Assembly (NCBI GenBank): GCA_048772705.1
Contig: JBLWGC010000160.1
Location: 42,692 to 106,691 of the forward strand
DNA: 64,000 bases
Direction: 5' to 3'
Source of the DNA: Leidyana gryllorum EB-2025a
Taxonomy: Eukaryota > Protista > Apicomplexa
Part shown: piece after piece, positions 59,291 to 64,000 of the stretch
How the letters are laid out: each line of letters opens with the position of its first letter
How positions within the stretch are numbered: the stretch's first letter is position 1
Position numbers and translations under genes: made by a program
The notes under the pieces: generated by a model
Told to the model about the DNA's origin: nothing
What the model saw: the letters and a program-made list of their open reading frames with translations, nothing else
The model's database searches: none

Positions 59291-61189
59291 TTATGCGGTG
59301 GCGGCGCGTTTATTGGCGCGAGAGGACGGGGCGTTGTTCGCGGAGTAATTGTTGTTGTTCACGTTGTGGCGAAGCATCTGCTGCTGAGAGAGTCCTTCGT
59401 TCGTGATACGACGTAGCGCAGCACCCTTTTTCCCCGAAGGAACACTCATGCCCTCAAAAGCTTCCTGCAGTCTCTCTCGATCGTCTGAATTCAAGCCCAG
59501 CTCTTCCGCACTAGCCTGGCTGGCTGGAATCTTGCCCACACACGCGTTCCCAACTTGACGATAATTCTCTGGGCACGACTTGCTGATAGCTACTTGCTCG
59601 GTCTTCAAGCATTGAACCTCTCCATCCTCGTTCAAGTTCTCTTCGAAACCCGACGGACACCGTTTCACAGCTGGAAGAACGGAAGTTTTAGTACAGGTCA
59701 GTCCACGAGCATCCAACTGTCCCTGCCCACCACAACTTTGCTGCGGGGGCACAATCTTATGCTGGACACATTCAGACACACCCAATCGTCCGCCTTTCTT
59801 TAAAAGTAACCCATCCGGACACACCTGTGTGGCTTCATACTTGCGCTTAGTCTGACATTCTTGATCTTCAGGATTGTACTCCGAACCACGAGGACACTGC
59901 ACCACCACATCCGTTGAGGTCAAAGTGGCACATGCCTGCTGCTCGGGGTCAAAGGTCGAACCGCCCGGACACTCCACCCGCGCTGACGTCAACTCCCGAT
60001 ATTCACAAGTGTTGGTGGTCAGCGACAACGTAGCACCATCCGGACACGCCAGAGCATCCCGCTCCTTCACCTTCTTCAGACACCGGTTGTCGATTAATGC
60101 GTACGAGCTATCCGCACAACGGAACTCCAAGTCGTTCTCGTAAACTACCTGCACAACACAACGCGAGACGTCGCCTCCATTCGTTGGCACAGATCGCTGA
60201 GGACATTGACGAAGGGGATCTGCTTGCTCAACGCCCACACACATTCCGTTGGCAGTCAGAGTCTCGTCCGAGTTGGCGCAGTACCGCTCCGCCGGAATGG
60301 TCTGCACACAGTATTCGCCCTGCAACACATAGTCCTTCGGGCACCGATGCCGAGGTTGCGAGAAACGAGGCTTCTCACATCGGTTGCTACTGGTGAACAC
60401 GTAACCTTCGGCACAAACTATATCTGGTTCGATCGAAGCCACGGAGACACATCTTCCAGATTGGTCCAATTCTCCACCCGACGCACAACGACGAGTTGGA
60501 GGCTGTTCGATGGTTGCGCTAATGCAGCTGTGCTCATGCAGATAAGACCCAGGAGGACAGTTTAATACTGCCGTGGCAGTAGTCGTGCGTTCACAGACGA
60601 AGGCAGGAGTCGCACCGAACCCAAGAGCTGTACCTGCGGCTTCAAGCGGGTTCGTCGCTGGGAGCGCTGAAGAAGTGACAGCTGCGTGATTTGGAGTGCG
60701 GACGAACTCTGGTGGACAGTAGTAGTCAGGAGAAGTGTAGGTGCTGGTCTCGCAGCGATCCCCCGCGAGGTTGTAGCCTTTGGGACATGTTGGTCGAGTC
60801 GGATACGCTTCAATCCGGACACATTCGCCGTTTATCAACGTATCCTCGTTCTCACAGACCAGCGTTGCCGGCTGGCTGCGCAGGTACTCACATCCTGCTC
60901 CACCTCTAAAAACACTACCTGCCGGACACACGCGTTCGGGGGGGAAGGATTCCTCAATCATACACTCCCCATTGTCTGTTAGACGGCCGCCATTGGTGCA
61001 AAAGACTTCCATGGGCATGAACTGATTGTAAACACACATGTCATCCTCCGCCACCATTTCCCACCCAGCACCTCGAGACGATGGGCATCGCTTTTCAATC
61101 GGTACCACGGACACCACGGTACGGCCGACGCCGCCCGCTTCCACGACAACAGCAACCAATGCCAGATTGAGCAGCAAGAAGGACCGCAT
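59291..61189 (-). CDS. Oocyst wall protein-like (COWP-type) secreted Cys-rich protein
   Basis: Signal peptide MRSFLLLNLALVAVVVEA and repeated CPxGY/CPxGS units with Cys about every 10-12 aa; intronless 632 aa. Confidence 0.82.
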   Translation of the reverse strand: MRSFLLLNLALVAVVVEAGGVGRTVVSVVPIEKRCPSSRGAGWEMVAEDDMCVYNQFMPMEVFCTNGGRLTDNGECMIEESFPPERVCPAGSVFRGGAGCEYLRSQPATLVCENEDTLINGECVRIEAYPTRPTCPKGYNLAGDRCETSTYTSPDYYCPPEFVRTPNHAAVTSSALPATNPLEAAGTALGFGATPAFVCERTTTATAVLNCPPGSYLHEHSCISATIEQPPTRRCASGGELDQSGRCVSVASIEPDIVCAEGYVFTSSNRCEKPRFSQPRHRCPKDYVLQGEYCVQTIPAERYCANSDETLTANGMCVGVEQADPLRQCPQRSVPTNGGDVSRCVVQVVYENDLEFRCADSSYALIDNRCLKKVKERDALACPDGATLSLTTNTCEYRELTSARVECPGGSTFDPEQQACATLTSTDVVVQCPRGSEYNPEDQECQTKRKYEATQVCPDGLLLKKGGRLGVSECVQHKIVPPQQSCGGQGQLDARGLTCTKTSVLPAVKRCPSGFEENLNEDGEVQCLKTEQVAISKSCPENYRQVGNACVGKIPASQASAEELGLNSDDRERLQEAFEGMSVPSGKKGAALRRITNEGLSQQQMLRHNVNNNNYSANNAPSSRANKRAATA

Positions 61190-61252
61190 TTAATTCCACA
61201 AACAAAAAGTTAACCAACAACTTTTGTCTGTAATCTGACCACCTTTTTCACC

Positions 61253-61843
61253 ATGCACAAGCTTGACACGATTGGTAATCTGTCCACCCGAGTGCCAGGA
61301 GCTTCGTTATCGTCCACGCCGTCGCCTCTCGCCCCGTATGCTGCTGCTCAGCAACGACATCACACCTGGACGATAAGCACAGGTTCCTACCTGCCGATGT
61401 CCAACACCATGCAACCCGAGCCCGTAGAGGCGTCTACGACGGCGGCTACCCGTAAATCTAAGCATCGCAAGCATCATAAATCGTCTGGCCGTGTTAGACA
61501 GCTGGAGTCTATTCGTCTGATGCCGGAGCCGACGACTGGTCAGCCCGTGTTTGCATCTGTGCAGAATCGGGGAGGCACTTTTCAAGATTACGTCAATGCT
61601 AACCAGAGTGCTTATCATCAAAGTGCCTATCAGCCGTATGGGGGCGGTGGCATGCCGGAGGCTTCAGCTCCGGGCATGATGGGTAATGCCGCGGTTGCGC
61701 AGCCGGGGCTCAACTCTATGGTCTATTCTGTGGGTGGTCCAGCCCATATAGTGTATGATATTTACGACGTGGAGGACCTCGTGCCCGCACCGCAACCGGA
61801 AATGTGGCAAAATGTCGCCTTCTTCTATCGCTCTTGTGAATGA
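61253..61843 (+). CDS. Hypothetical low-complexity protein (196 aa)
   Basis: ATG-initiated ORF divergent from the COWP-like gene; no recognisable domain. Confidence 0.55.
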   Translation: MHKLDTIGNLSTRVPGASLSSTPSPLAPYAAAQQRHHTWTISTGSYLPMSNTMQPEPVEASTTAATRKSKHRKHHKSSGRVRQLESIRLMPEPTTGQPVFASVQNRGGTFQDYVNANQSAYHQSAYQPYGGGGMPEASAPGMMGNAAVAQPGLNSMVYSVGGPAHIVYDIYDVEDLVPAPQPEMWQNVAFFYRSCE

Positions 61844-61992
61844 TAGACCACACCAAGTCAATTAAACACCTCTAATCCGCCAACCACTCGCCGCAGCTTC
61901 GGCACGAGGATGATCAACCACGAGGGCCGAGCCAAGTCAGCCTTTAACGTAGCGGTCGTGTGATTAGAGAGAGACAGAGAGAGTCGTCGTCG

Positions 61993-64000
61993 TCAATTGC
62001 TATGACCAAATGTCGGGGGGTCCGTATCTTTCTCCAGAGACTTATGGTACAACTCCAGTTCTGTGGCCTCAAACGAGTCGGTGTCATCGACTGTCACGGA
62101 GACCGCCGCGGATTCAGTCGGCTCTTCCGGTGGGGTCATGTCGCCCGGCAAATAACGCATTGCTACACGCCTGTAAACTTCGTCAACACCCGAGAGGCTG
62201 ATGCTGTCATCGTCATCGCTGTCAGCATTGTGATGGTCATCTGCCACGTCACTGGGTTCACTGCTCGGGAGCGCCTTCTCGAAATGTGCCAACTCTTTGG
62301 CCGCCTGTCCGATCAGTTGGACTGGTCGTTCGGTCATATGCATCAGAGTGTTGGATCGTCTCCGCCGTCTTTCAGGAACCAAACTCATTAGCCCAAAGTT
62401 CTCAGAATCACTGTGACCCATTGAGCTCTCCAAGATGCTGCTGGTCAATCCCGCGTCACTCGAGTTCGGCAAGTCGGACTCTCCGGTGCCGTGGTTAGAC
62501 GTCATGTTGTCGACCACAGTCAGCTGTCTCAAAGTCTCATTGAACGACGCCCGTGCCTCAATAGGGATGTCATCTGCTACTCTGCCTATCAACCTGAACA
62601 CAGCAACAAATCAATCACTCTCTCCTCTCCTATCCACAACTTACTCGACGGGTTGACCCGATGAGATCAGCGGCCGGGGGGGTGCCGAGTGGAGATGAGC
62701 GTCAAAGATTAGATCACGCCGTTCGTTCAAATCCGACAGTGGGTTGCTCGGTGTCCGCGCCCCGCGGAGAAAGTGCCCCTGCAACGACAACTCATCATTC
62801 GTGCCCTGACTCGTGAGTTCGCCTCCGAGTGGGTCGATCTGGAAGTACTGAGTTTCCAGCACTGGAGCGGTCGTTGACGACTCGAGCCCCAGCATATATT
62901 GATACGAGGAGTCAATCAATGGGGGATTCGCGGATGTCGTTGCGGGTCGTTCAACGGTGTGTACCGGAGACTCTCGATGGGAAACTCGCATTCGCTGGGT
63001 GAAGTGCATAAAGTATATGATGCGCCTTATCATCGAACGCTTGTACTTCCGACCCAAAACCTCTGCTAGATGAGCCAGACGTTGCCGCTGGGCCAGCGGC
63101 AGAGCTCCTTCATCGAACTTCCTGACATAGTCCGCGTGCGCTTGCAGCCAGCAATGGAAGTACCGTTGTAGCCGTCGAAGATGCACCTTCTCAAACCCTT
63201 CCTGCCACCTGTTACTATTGGCCACAGCCCTTATCCAGGTATTAACAAGTCTGACTTTCCACTGCAAAAGCAGACGCCCGGACACTTGTTGCGCCTTCAT
63301 CCAGCGGTATTGCCACACACGGAAAGCGAATCCCACAATTTCTGCAGACTTTAGTCTCCACATATGGTAATACTTCAAGGACAACATTGCTTCCTGTCTC
63401 CACATCTGTATTGCGGTCTTCATCTGTCTGGCATTAAACCCGTTGACAGCCACCCCAGCCTTGCTCGTCAGTTCGCGCTCATACACACAAAGTCGAGCAT
63501 AATATTGCAAGGATGAGATCGCATTCTTGATCTGCGATCGCTGAATGACCGGAGTGATGGTTATCGCGGCCATGTTGTACCAAACCTCCCGATGGTAGGC
63601 CACCTGCCAGGCCATGAAAGCGTTACGCATCCTAGTCACTTCTGTGTCGCATTGCACAAGCGTCTCCAAAGCGCGCAATCTGGACACACGTTCTGCAAAC
63701 ACCCGAATCGTCCGATTTCTATTTCTGCTGCCGCCCTCACTCGTTTCTGCTCGCCAAAATGCCAATTGCACTGCCATCTCCTTGCGAGCATGTCGTTGAG
63801 CAGTCAGCTTCATCTTGACTTGCAATCGTGCTACTCGCCATATACTGCAGCCCACATGAAGAGCGACAGCGAACGTGACGATCACTTACGTCCCCCAGGT
63901 GTTTCGCAGCACCACGATGCGCTTCCTACCTGCGAGCGCACGCTCGCGTAGGCTCACCCTGGCCGCCTTCCGCCACCAAAGTAGCGCACCAGTTCTGGGT
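61993..64000 (-). CDS. Sfi1-repeat-like (centrin-binding) helical protein, 5' end outside the window
   Basis: Periodic F/I-x-x-W motifs (AFMAWQ, AIQMWRQ, AFRVWQ, LVNTWI, YFHCWLQ). An intron at about 62594-62644 joins the 61993..62601 frame. Confidence 0.6.

Overview
This is eukaryotic DNA: gene-dense, with short (mostly 40-70 nt) GT-AG introns. Gene content points to an apicomplexan, most likely a gregarine (inference from a PhIL1-like gene, an oocyst-wall-type Cys-rich gene and an EGF/TSP1 microneme-type adhesin). About 25 protein-coding genes can be supported. Housekeeping genes include a cullin, Trm7, a CAMK kinase, U2AF65, a CDK9/12-like kinase, a GT31 glycosyltransferase, Sen1, Ubc4/5, a nucleoside transporter, an UNC-93-like MFS protein, a patatin and an Sfi1-like protein. 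The main accessory block (about 5-23.7 kb) is a tandem array of four divergent paralogues of an Unkempt/plant-TZF-like tandem-CCCH RNA-binding family. All four share one phase-1 intron; one carries a PAM2 motif and a 189-bp coding repeat array. A catalytically degenerate, intronless Hsp70 sits inside the array. Other notable items are a NADAR-FHA-RRM fusion gene, head-to-head gene pairs 30-80 bp apart (the two closest centred on an AAA(A)TTTT element), a co-directional run with 22-113 bp gaps (possibly polycistronic), and a convergent coding overlap. I recognised no tRNA, rRNA, CRISPR array or intact mobile element. Gene models were spliced by eye, so outer coordinates are approximate where stated.
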